Positions 44,790-54,500 of a DNA stretch of 57,317 bases are shown piece by piece (the stretch's first letter is position 1; the number at the start of each line of letters is the position of its first letter). The notes below the pieces were generated by a model. That model saw nothing but the letters and a program-made list of their open reading frames with translations, ran no database searches and was not told the DNA's origin. The position numbers and the translations under genes are program-made. Source of the stretch: Myxococcales bacterium (GTDB lineage Bacteria; Myxococcota_A; Polyangia; Polyangiales; Polyangiaceae); the NCBI GenBank assembly GCA_043784605.1, contig JAYVYD010000018.1, positions 1 through 57,317 on the forward strand, given 5' to 3'.

Positions 44790-45473
44790 ATGCCGGTAGG
44801 TATTTCTTCGCTCCTCGAGGAGCTGTTCGAAGCTGAGCGGGCCGTGAGACGTGCACAGACGGAGCTTGGCAAACAGAAGACGCCTGAGCTGCTCCCGCTC
44901 CTGCGCAAGACGACGGAGTCCGCGCTCAAGCAAGGCGAGGACGCAGACGCTGCGATGAAGCTCGCCCGGTGCGCGGAACTCCTTGGAGACATCGACGGCG
45001 CAGAGCCAGTCGATTTGCTGATCGACGTGCTGGCGGCGGACGCCCCTGAGGCGCGCCTCGCGGCGGGAGAGGCTCTCGAAGAGCGTGCGTTCGCTCGCTT
45101 CAAAGAGGTCGCGCTCGGCATCGAGCGTGCGCTCACGCGGCTGCCGAAAGACAGTCCCGCGCTCTCCGAGCTCCCCTACATGCTCGCGGAAGTACCCGAG
45201 CCCGGCGTGCTCTTGCTGCTCAATCGATTTTTGAGTCACGAGTCCGCGGACGCGGTCGCTTCGGCGATCGAGGCGCTCGCGCAGCTCGGAGATCCCGGCG
45301 CCCGGCAGCACCTGCGCGCGCGCATCGACGACAAGCGCACGGTCGATCTCGGCGACGAGGACGCGGAGAGCACCAAGGTGACCATCGGTGAGCTCGCGCG
45401 CGAAGCGATCTCGTTGCTCGACGAGGTCGCGGCGGCGGAGGGCGAAACGCGCTCGCGCACCAAGGGTCGTTGA
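44790..45473 (+). CDS. HEAT-repeat protein
   Basis: Repeated helical pairs with xxA(A/V)xALxxLGDPxA-type HEAT/PBS-lyase signatures (AVASAIEALAQLGDPGARQHL). Confidence 0.65.
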   Translation: MPVGISSLLEELFEAERAVRRAQTELGKQKTPELLPLLRKTTESALKQGEDADAAMKLARCAELLGDIDGAEPVDLLIDVLAADAPEARLAAGEALEERAFARFKEVALGIERALTRLPKDSPALSELPYMLAEVPEPGVLLLLNRFLSHESADAVASAIEALAQLGDPGARQHLRARIDDKRTVDLGDEDAESTKVTIGELAREAISLLDEVAAAEGETRSRTKGR

Positions 45474-46375
45474 TGGCGATCGGTTTCGCGAGCGACCTGC
45501 CTCCGATGTCCGCGCCAGTGCTCGGGCGGTTGAACCCAGCAGACGCCGCGATTTGGGAGACGTTCGTCGTTCCGCGCTACCTCTCGCTGTTCGGCGAGCT
45601 CGCGCTCGAGGCCATCATCGAGATCGATCAAGCGCAGCTCGTCCACGTCGGCTGCCGTACGGGGTATCCCGATCGCGGCCTTGCGATGAAGCTTCCGAAC
45701 GCGACGATCGTCGGCACGGACAACTCGCCGCACGCGCTCGCGCTCGCGCGCGCGAAGGCCGCGACGATGAAAGGCATGGTCGCCGACTACCGTGAGGCGC
45801 ACGGGCTGCCGCTCCCGTTGCCCGAAGCGGCGTTCTCGCACGCGCTTGCGCTGCACCCGTTCATCGGGCGAGTTGCACCCGCGCCAGCAGACAGCCGCAC
45901 TGGAGAGGGGCGAGAGGAGAACGCTCGCACTGCGCTCTTCGCCGAGATGAAGCGTCTGCTCGCGCCGTCGGGTCAGCTACTGGTCGCCGTGCCGCTCCGA
46001 GGTTCGTTCATCGAGATCGCGGATCTCTTGCGTGAGTTCGCGCTCAAGTTCGAGGACTCTGCGCTCAACCTCGCGATCGATCGCGCGATCTTGCTTCGTC
46101 CAACCGTGGAGATCTTGAGCTCAGAGCTCGAGGAGCTCGGGTTCGACTACGTCGACGTCAGCTTGCGCCCGGCCACTCTCTCGTTCCAGAGCGGGCGCGA
46201 TTTGCTCGAGGATCCCGTCACGCGGCTGGCCCTATTGCCGGAGTTCCGCTCGAACCTCGGCATCGAGGAGCTCGACCGACCGATGAGCTACGTGCGGGAG
46301 GCCGTCGACAAGTATTGGAGCGACGGTACCTTCGAGCTCACGGTCAACGTGGGCTGCGTGTCCGCGAGACGTTGA
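45473..46375 (+). CDS. class I SAM-dependent methyltransferase
   Basis: ATG overlaps the HEAT gene stop (TGATG). Motif I LVHVGCRTGYP. Post-I acidic residue in IVGTDNS. Confidence 0.75.
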   Translation: MAIGFASDLPPMSAPVLGRLNPADAAIWETFVVPRYLSLFGELALEAIIEIDQAQLVHVGCRTGYPDRGLAMKLPNATIVGTDNSPHALALARAKAATMKGMVADYREAHGLPLPLPEAAFSHALALHPFIGRVAPAPADSRTGEGREENARTALFAEMKRLLAPSGQLLVAVPLRGSFIEIADLLREFALKFEDSALNLAIDRAILLRPTVEILSSELEELGFDYVDVSLRPATLSFQSGRDLLEDPVTRLALLPEFRSNLGIEELDRPMSYVREAVDKYWSDGTFELTVNVGCVSARR

Positions 46376-47359
46376 TCAGCGGCAGAAGCCGTCGATGCAG
46401 ATGAGCCCGCCGGCGCAGTTCTTCGCGATCGTGGGGTCGCAGTCGTTGCCGAGGTTCGACGCCGACCCGCAGACGCTATAGCTGCCGCTCTTCGTAACGA
46501 CCGACTTACAGATGTTGAACTTGTCGGCGTTCTTGCACTGCGTGCCCGCGTCCGCCATCGAGTCGCACGCGATGTAGCAGTTGTGGTGCAGGCAGAGGCT
46601 GCCGGTCGCGCAAGCGTCTTGCTTGCCTTCGACCGAGCAAACGAACTGCGGCTTCTGGTCGGGGATGCAGCCACCGCCGACGCAGATCAAGCCGCCCGCG
46701 CAGGTGTTGTTCGCGCCACACGGAGCGACGCAGTGCTGCTGGATGCAGACGTTGCCGCCGAGGCATTGGCCGTCATTGATGCAGACGTTGGGGTTTCCCG
46801 TGCAGACGCCCTTGTTGAGGTCGCAGCTGTAACCGGTGGGGCAGGGCTTGGCTCCGCTGCAGCCCGGGGTACATGCACCCTGCACGCATTGGTAGCCGTT
46901 GTTGCATTGGGTGGTGTCGCTGCACTCGTCTGCAGGCGCGACGCACGTCCCGTTCAAGCACTTTGCGCCTGCTCCAAGAGTGCTGCACGCGGCATCGTTC
47001 GCGCAGCCGTTGAACCCGGAGTCATCCTTGGGTTTGGTGTCTTTCACGCAGGAAGCGGACCCGTTCGCGACCTTGCAGAGGTAGCCGCTCACGCAGCCAT
47101 TCGTCGAGCAGTCGCCAGGCTGACAGAGCCCGTTGGCCGCACAAGTCTGGCCCGACGCGCAATCGGTGGGGATGGTGCAAGTGCCGCCTTGAGGCGCGAC
47201 GCAGCTGCCAGAGACAGTGTCGCAAGACGTGCCACCAGGGCAGTCGTTGCTCGTCACGCAGCCGCCGTTGCTATGCCCGCCGTCCGAGTATATCGGACAT
47301 CCGCCGAGCAGGGCCACGCCGACTCCACCTACCAACAGTATCGAGAAGATTCGCTTCAT
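46376..47359 (-). CDS. Cys-rich repeat lipoprotein, hypothetical
   Basis: Lipobox ALLGGC-P. Repeated C-x4-C-x2-G-x2-C-x3-G-x-C modules along the whole protein. Confidence 0.75.
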   Translation of the reverse strand: MKRIFSILLVGGVGVALLGGCPIYSDGGHSNGGCVTSNDCPGGTSCDTVSGSCVAPQGGTCTIPTDCASGQTCAANGLCQPGDCSTNGCVSGYLCKVANGSASCVKDTKPKDDSGFNGCANDAACSTLGAGAKCLNGTCVAPADECSDTTQCNNGYQCVQGACTPGCSGAKPCPTGYSCDLNKGVCTGNPNVCINDGQCLGGNVCIQQHCVAPCGANNTCAGGLICVGGGCIPDQKPQFVCSVEGKQDACATGSLCLHHNCYIACDSMADAGTQCKNADKFNICKSVVTKSGSYSVCGSASNLGNDCDPTIAKNCAGGLICIDGFCR

Positions 47360-47661
47360 GTGCGTCTCCGGGTGGCCACACGAGCCACGCTGAGCAGGAG
47401 TTTAGCAACCGTCGTGCCTTGTACCAGCGAAGTCGTCTGTACGGCATTATTCGAGGGTTGATCGGCGATCTTGGCCCTGGAACCGACCCTAGTGGACTTC
47501 TGTTCACGCTCCCTGTGTAGTCGGAGGAGACCCCAGGCCGAGGGTCGCGGGACATGGAAGACTAGCTGAGGGGCAACACGACCCAGCGGCCCACGGTCGG
47601 GCACGCACTGAGACAGACGTTGTGATTTGGCTGCGGGCGTGAAAGAAACGAGTGACATTCG

Positions 47662-49749
47662 ATGTACGTCCAGTGCGAGCGCTGCAAGAGCGAATACGAC
47701 TTCGACGACGCGCTCGTGAGCGAGCGAGGTACGACCGTCAAGTGCACGCACTGTGGTCATCAGTTCAAGGTGCGCCGGTCTGTCGAGGCTCCCGCACAGG
47801 ACCGTTGGGTCGTGCGGACGGTCTCCGGCAAGGAGGCGGTGTTCACTTCACTGCGTGAGCTGCAAAAGGCGATCATGGCCAAGCAGGTCGGACGCCAAGA
47901 TTCGCTCGCGCGGGGAGGCGCACCGGCGCGTTTGCTTGGCGCGATCGCGGAGCTGGAGCCGTTCTTCGATGGTCGCAAGGCCGAAGACGGGCAAACGTCT
48001 GTGCGTCCCCCGATGAAGTCCAGGCCGCCGCCAACCCCCGTGCCTCCTCCCATTCGCTCACGTGTCGAGACGATGAGGCCGCCCGTCGGCGGGGGAGTCG
48101 CCGTGCCCCCTCCTCCGACGATCCCTCGTGACATGATGTCTCCGATGGCCCACACGATGGCGGGGTCAGGCGCCAGCGCGCTCGCCAGTGCGACAGCCGC
48201 GTTGCCCGCGCCAGAGCCGCAGAACCCCAGGCCACCCGCGCCGTCGTTCCACTACCAAACGCAGCAGGCGCCGCAGATCCGCTTGCCTCCGGAGGCCCCG
48301 AGCGAAGCGCCGACGGTCGCGCACGTTGCCCTCGCGTCGACCGTGCCGCAGATCGAGATGTCATCGCCGCTGCCTCCGCCGACCGCGCCGATTCGAAGGT
48401 CGCTTCCGTCGTATGGCGATGAGGCGAGCGGCAGCGGCCGAGGATCGCTCGCCGAGGAGGTCTACACTCCGCCGCGCCGCCGCATGGGCGGTTGGATCGT
48501 CGCGGCCGTGTTGTTGATCGGCGTGGGCATCGTCGGCTTCGTCGTCGTCAAGCCCTATTTGATGGGCTCCACGAAGCCTGCGGGGTCGGCGCTCACGCCG
48601 CTCGACCCACGAGCGCAACAGTTTTTGTCGGACGGCGAGCGCGCGATGCTCGACGGAAATCTCGTCGGCGCGAAGGAGAACTTCGACAAGGCGAGCGTCG
48701 TGGTGGACCGCGATCCACGCGTGCTCATCGACATGGCCAAGCTCGACGTCACGCTTGCGGACGTGCCGTGGCTCGAGGTGAAGCTCGACGCCGCGGGCGA
48801 GGCTCAGCGCCTGGCGAAGGGGCGGCTCGACGAGGCGATCCCGACGGCGAAGAAGGCGGCCGACGACGCTTACGCTGCCGCCCCGGACGATCCCGCGAGC
48901 GTACGCGTGAAGATCGACGCGCTCCGCATCGAGGGCAACCTCGCGGACGCGCGCGCGCTCGTGGCCCGAATCGCGGGTGGAGCGCCGCAGCCGGACACGG
49001 CGTACGTCCTCGCGATGCTCGATCTTGCGGAGCCGACACCGCCGTCGCAATACACCGAGATCTTGGAGCGTCTGCGGCTCGCGGCGGCAGGCGAGGGTAA
49101 CCTCGGTAGAGGGCGTGCGGCGCTCGTGTACGCGCTCGCGCGGTCCGGTGACGTGAACGGCGCGCGCAAGGAGCTCGAGCGGCTCGTCGCGCTCCCCCGT
49201 CCGCACCCGTTGCTCGGTCCGCTCCGCGCGTACCTCGATCACGCGCCAGCGCTTGCTGGCACACCCGACGCTGGGACAGTGGCGACGATCGACATCAACA
49301 CGTTGCCGAACAACAACCCAAACCCCGTCGTGAACAACGGAGGCTCCGCGCCTGCTGGGGACTCCCGTTCCCTGCTGCAACGCGCGGAGGACGCCAAGAA
49401 CAAGGGCGACCTCGACAAGGCAAAGTCGCTCTACGGCACGGTCGTCGCGCAGGAGCCGACGAACTCGGAGGCGCTCGCGGGGCTCGGAGACATCTCCGAG
49501 CGACAGCACGATTTTCCTAACGCCAAGACCTACTACCAACACGCGCTCAACGTGAACGGCGGGTTCTTGCCCGCGCGGATCGGGCTCGGCAACGTGCTCT
49601 GGGAGTCTGGAGAGAAGGCCGCGGCGGCGAAGATGTACAAAGAGATCATCGACTCGATGCCCGAGGGCTCCTACCCGCCTTGGGTGAAGGATCGCGCGCA
49701 GTTCACCCCCGGCGGCGGAACCGGTGCGGCCACTCCGGAGCCTCAATGA
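47662..49749 (+). CDS. MJ0042-type zinc-ribbon protein with GYF-like segment, Pro-rich linker, TM helix and periplasmic TPR domain
   Basis: MYVQCERCKSEYDF...VKCTHCGHQFKV. Then RWVVRTVSGKEAVFTSLRELQKAI, a Pro-rich region, TM GWIVAAVLLIGVGIVGFVVV, and C-terminal TPRs (AKSLYGTVVAQEPTNSEALAGLG...). Confidence 0.8.
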   Translation: MYVQCERCKSEYDFDDALVSERGTTVKCTHCGHQFKVRRSVEAPAQDRWVVRTVSGKEAVFTSLRELQKAIMAKQVGRQDSLARGGAPARLLGAIAELEPFFDGRKAEDGQTSVRPPMKSRPPPTPVPPPIRSRVETMRPPVGGGVAVPPPPTIPRDMMSPMAHTMAGSGASALASATAALPAPEPQNPRPPAPSFHYQTQQAPQIRLPPEAPSEAPTVAHVALASTVPQIEMSSPLPPPTAPIRRSLPSYGDEASGSGRGSLAEEVYTPPRRRMGGWIVAAVLLIGVGIVGFVVVKPYLMGSTKPAGSALTPLDPRAQQFLSDGERAMLDGNLVGAKENFDKASVVVDRDPRVLIDMAKLDVTLADVPWLEVKLDAAGEAQRLAKGRLDEAIPTAKKAADDAYAAAPDDPASVRVKIDALRIEGNLADARALVARIAGGAPQPDTAYVLAMLDLAEPTPPSQYTEILERLRLAAAGEGNLGRGRAALVYALARSGDVNGARKELERLVALPRPHPLLGPLRAYLDHAPALAGTPDAGTVATIDINTLPNNNPNPVVNNGGSAPAGDSRSLLQRAEDAKNKGDLDKAKSLYGTVVAQEPTNSEALAGLGDISERQHDFPNAKTYYQHALNVNGGFLPARIGLGNVLWESGEKAAAAKMYKEIIDSMPEGSYPPWVKDRAQFTPGGGTGAATPEPQ

Positions 49750-51551
49750 GCGCGAACCGGAAGGCCAACCTCGCAACCGCCGCGCTGGTGGCGGCGCTCG
49801 CGTTCGCGGGTGGCTGCAGCGGGCGTCCCCCACCGACCGCAACGGCCAAGCCGCCCAAAAAAGGCCCTGCGCTCGCGATCATTGACTTGTCATCCGGTGC
49901 GCCCGAGGTCGAGTCCTCCGGTTTCTTCGGCCCTCCGCCGGGCCGCCGTCGTAGCTTCGACTCGCTACTCGATGCGATCGACGACATTGCCAAGGACAAG
50001 GAGACGGTAGCCGTCTTCATCCGTTTCGGTGGCGCCACCATCGGCCTCGCACGCGCCGAGGAGCTCTCCGCGGCCCTCTCCAAGATACGAGCAAAAATGC
50101 CCGTATATTGTCACGCACACGAGTACGGCAACGCGACGACGATGCTGGCAGCGCAGGCGTGTACCAAGACGTGGGTGTCGCCGGCGGGTGGCGTCGAGGC
50201 GATCGGCATCGCGGCCCAGGTCGTCTACATGCACAAGCTGCTCACCGAGGTGCTGCACGTGGACGTCGACTTCCTTCAAGTCGGCAAATTCAAGGGAGCG
50301 GAGGAGCCGCTCACGCGTGACGGACCGAGCCCCGAGGCGCGTGCGTCGCTCGAAGGAACGCTGTCGGACATGCGCAAGACGTGGCTCGGCCTCGTCAAGG
50401 ACGGCAAGAAGAAGGACCTTCCCGTGGAGGACGGCCCCTACGCGCCGCCGCTCGCCAAGACGCTCGGGCTCGTCGACGAGGTCGGCTACGACGACGACGC
50501 ACGCGAAGCCGCAAAGAAAGAGGCGAGTGCAGTTCGCGAGGTCGTGCGCTTCGGTCCCGGGGCGCAAGCCGGCGACGAAGACGGCATGGGAGATCTGCTG
50601 ACCGCGCTCGCGGGAGGCGGCTCGAACCCGCCGATCGTGCTGGTCCGCGCGATGGGTGAGATCTCGATGGGAGGCGGCGGCGGCATGTTCGGAGGAGGCG
50701 GTGGGATCACCGAGGCCGGTTTGTCGCGCGAGCTCGCGCGCCTCGAGAAGGACGACGCCGTGAAGGCGGTCGTGCTCCGAATCGACTCTCCTGGCGGCAG
50801 TGCGCTGGCGAGCGATCTGTTGTGGCACGACCTGATGCGCATCCGCGCCAAGAAGAAGCTCGTCGTCTCGGTCGGCGGAATGGCCGCGAGCGGCGGCTAC
50901 TATCTCGCGTCTACGGCAGACGTGATCCTCGCGGACGCCACGAGCATCGTCGGATCGATCGGCGTCGTAGGCGGCAAGATCGCCGTGGGAGACGCGCTCG
51001 AGCGCTTTGGCGTTCACGCGGAGACGTTCCCCGCCGACACCGAGAACCCTGGCGCGAAGGCGCGTGCGGCCTACGAGTCCCCGCTGATGGCGTGGGACGA
51101 GCCGACCAAAGCGCGCGTCTACGACAGCATGAAGGGCATCTACGATCTGTTCCTTGCGCGTGTCGCCGAGGGCCGCAAGATCCCGGTCGAGAAGGTCGCG
51201 GCGAGCGCCGAGGGCCGCATCTTCAGCGGACGCGAGGGCAAGGAGCGCGGGCTCGTCGATGAACTCGGCGGACTCACGGCCGCGATCGAGAAGGCGCGTG
51301 CGCTGGCGGGATTGCCTGCGGACGCAAAGGTCGGAGTCGTCGTCGCCAGGGGCCGCTTCGCCGACGTCTTGGGCGGCGGAGACGATGCCGATTCACGCGC
51401 CCCCATCGCCGCCGTGATCGCCCGTGATGAAGTCGCCACCTGGCTCGCGCGCGTGTCGCCGAACGCGCTCGTGTTCGCCGCGAGCATGTCGCCGTTGCTC
51501 GAGGGCGAGCGGACGGTTTGTGCGCTGCCCTTCGCTTTGGACGTGAAATAG
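49746..51551 (+). CDS. sppA: signal peptide peptidase SppA (67K type, lipoprotein)
   Basis: ATG overlaps the upstream stop (ATGA). Lipobox LAFAGGC-S. Two S49 halves. LRIDSPGGS and GGMAASGGYY (Ser nucleophile). Confidence 0.88.
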   Translation: MSANRKANLATAALVAALAFAGGCSGRPPPTATAKPPKKGPALAIIDLSSGAPEVESSGFFGPPPGRRRSFDSLLDAIDDIAKDKETVAVFIRFGGATIGLARAEELSAALSKIRAKMPVYCHAHEYGNATTMLAAQACTKTWVSPAGGVEAIGIAAQVVYMHKLLTEVLHVDVDFLQVGKFKGAEEPLTRDGPSPEARASLEGTLSDMRKTWLGLVKDGKKKDLPVEDGPYAPPLAKTLGLVDEVGYDDDAREAAKKEASAVREVVRFGPGAQAGDEDGMGDLLTALAGGGSNPPIVLVRAMGEISMGGGGGMFGGGGGITEAGLSRELARLEKDDAVKAVVLRIDSPGGSALASDLLWHDLMRIRAKKKLVVSVGGMAASGGYYLASTADVILADATSIVGSIGVVGGKIAVGDALERFGVHAETFPADTENPGAKARAAYESPLMAWDEPTKARVYDSMKGIYDLFLARVAEGRKIPVEKVAASAEGRIFSGREGKERGLVDELGGLTAAIEKARALAGLPADAKVGVVVARGRFADVLGGGDDADSRAPIAAVIARDEVATWLARVSPNALVFAASMSPLLEGERTVCALPFALDVK

Positions 51552-51567
51552 CGGCGGTCCTGGTATC

Positions 51568-54500
51568 GTGAGTTCGATGCCCTCCGGGGATGACGCCACG
51601 GTCCACACGCGCGCGACCCTTCCGCCGCCCGATTTTGGTGCGGCGCAACCGGCGTTCGCGACCTCGCACGGCTCCCAGCGAGACGCCGATCCGTTAGCGA
51701 GGCGCAAGGAGCGGCGCGCCGAGGAGGCCTCGCTTCGGTACGAGCGATCGCGCGCATCGGAAAAAGGAGAAGCGCAGGCGGAGGCGACCGCATGCGTGGC
51801 GCTCGCGAGGATGCTCGCGAGTCAGGAGCGATCGTTGGAGGAGGCCATCGAGGCCTCCTCGCGCGCGCTCGCCATCGCAGACGACTCCGAGCTGCGATCG
51901 GAGCTCGCCGGGTGGCTCGAGGCCATCGGACGTCATGACGTCGCCGCCGAGACGCTGGAGCGCGGCACCTCCCTGACGGCGGCGATCCTATCGCGGGCAG
52001 GGGTTCTCCATGCGCGCGCTGGCGACGCGGCCAAGGCTCGCGCGGTGTTGGCGCGCGCCGCGGAGCTAGACGCGACGGACGCTCTGTCGCTGGAGCTCCT
52101 CGCGGCTCTTTCGGGATGGGCGCCGGAGGAAGTCGACGCTGCGACCGCCGCACACCACTATCTCGAGGCCGCGCGGAGGCGACGACAAGCCAACGCCTTG
52201 GCCGCGGAGCTCGAGGACTGCGTACGCGCGTTCGAGGCAGACCCGACGAGTGAAGATGCGACGTCCGCGCTTCGCGCCGCACTCGTCCTGCGCGGCAAGA
52301 TCGCAGCGGCCGCGGAGGTGACGCGAGCTCACACGCGCGCGCTCGATCCGAGCAAGGCGCGCTCGATCCTGATGACCGTGATCGACGAGAGCGGAAGCGA
52401 CGTTTTAGGTGCCCTCGGAGCCGCCTTCGACGCGCGACTCGACGTGGAGTTCGCGGGCAGAGGGAGTACGACGTTCGACGAGCTCTTGTTGCGCGCGGGC
52501 ATCCTCGAGCTTCTTGCGGCGCGCCTCGAGCTTCGAGCGGAGCGTGCGCAAGGCACCGAGCGCATCGCGATCTACGAACAGCTCGCGCGTCTCGCATCGG
52601 GGCCGCTCGCGAGCCCGAACCGCGCGGCGCTCGAGCACGTGCGGATCTTGGCCGAGGATCCGGCGAAGGAGCAGGTCATCGCGGCGCTCGAGGCGTACGC
52701 GGCGAGCACGCGCGATCAGGTTCCGTTGGTCGAAGGGCTCGTGCGCGGAGCCTCCGCATCACGTGGCTCGTTGGCAGGTCGTGCGCTTTGTGCGAAGGCC
52801 TTGGCGAGCCTCGCCGAGGACCGGCTTCACCACGGCAAGCTCGCGCGTTGGGCGTTCGAGCAATGGCTGGGCGCAGAGCCTGGAGATGCCGCGGCGGCGT
52901 CGGCTGCGCAAAGGCTCGCGGGCGCGGAGGGCACCGCGGATTACGGAGCCTGGCTTCGAACGCTGGAACAGCAGCTCGGGCGGGACACTCGGAGCTTCGG
53001 GCTCGGGCGTTGGCTCCTAGGGCTCGAGCTCGAGCGTCCCGACGAGCTCGAGGCGCGTGCGTCAGTGGCCGCGGCAGCACGGGCACGAGGCAACGCGACA
53101 GAGGCGAACGAGACGACGCTGCCTTTGCTCCTGCGAGACAACGCGAGCGCGCGGGCGATCAGCCTCGCCTGGGTGAACGCGGCGCTCGCGCAGGACGAGC
53201 TCGGTAGAGCACGCGCGATCGAACGACTCGCGGCTTTCTCGGCGCCCGAGACGCAAGCGTTGCTCGCGGCGGTCGCGGCAGATGCGTTCGCGTCGGCTGG
53301 AGATCGCGCGAGTGCGAGGCAGGCGGCAACGGCGGCTTGCCGCGCAGAGCCGAACTCGGTGCGCGGTACCGGTGCACTCGCGCGAGCATGCTTGGGTGCG
53401 CTCGATCGGACCGCGGCGAGCGCGATCGAGCGTGGCGTTCAGCTCACGTACGCGAGCGGGGCCGCGTGCATCGCGCTCGCCGATGCGCTCGCGTCGCTTG
53501 GCGAGCGGCACTACGCGGTCGCGTGGTCGCAGCGCTTGGTGGCACTGCGTCCTGGCGACGTGCGTGCCGTGGAGCGACTCGTGACGCGCGCGATCGAGTC
53601 CGCAGATGCGTCGCGGATCGCGGACGTGCTCGCGTGGGTGATCCCGCAGTCGTATCCTGCGGCAGCTGTCGCGCCCATCGTGGCCCGCGGGCTGCTTGCG
53701 TTGCGTGAGCTGGATGCCGAACGTTCGGCGCTCGTAGCGAGACGCGCGCTGGACGCGTTCGGCGCGCGTGATGGAGAGTTGCGGGATGTCGTGCTCGACG
53801 TCGCTCGTCGAGCCCAGGACGGGTCGCTCGTCGCGGCGGCCCTCGAGCGGCGTCTCGCGAGCGACCTGACCCTCGAGCAGCGCGCAAGAGCGCTGTTCGA
53901 GCTAGCCGAGGCGCGTCGTCTACTCGGGGACCGCGACGGCGAGGCGCGCGCACTGCGGTCTGCGCTGCGTGCCCGCCGAGCGTCGGCGGACCAGCCGCAC
54001 GACCCCGCGCTCGATCTCGAGCCCGCCGTCGCGTCCCTCCTCGGTGAGTCTCTCTCCCCCGACGGCGAGATCGCGTGGCTCGAGCTTCGCGCCGAAGTGC
54101 TCACGGCGAAGCTCAGCGGTGGGCCGATCCGCGCCACACGCGCGCAAGCTCCGCGTGACTCGATGTCGCCCGACGGAGCGCTTCGTCGCGCCGCACACAT
54201 GGCGTGGCGCGAACTTGGCGCCGTCCATTGGGACATGGTTGGCGATCGCCGCGCGGCACTTGAAGCGTGGACGCGTGGCGCGAAGCTCGTCCTTGGCGGC
54301 TTCGCGCGCCTGGCTCTCGACGTCACCCAGTTCGCAGACCCACGCAGCGCTGTCGTGATCCTCACCGACCTCGCGGCCGCAGTGACGGACACGGCGTCTG
54401 CTGGCGCCATCGCGGCGCAGGCTGCACGCGCGGCCCTCGCCGCAGGCGATCCCGCGCGTGCGCTCGAGCTCGCGCGCGACGCACTCTCGCGCGACGCGGC

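Noticed and set aside
47360-47661. 300-bp lower-GC divergent intergenic region examined for an sRNA, riboswitch or known structured RNA
   Set aside because: I could not recognise conserved riboswitch, SRP, 6S or tmRNA motifs. Only weak 5-7-bp inverted repeats are present. It is most simply a divergent promoter region.
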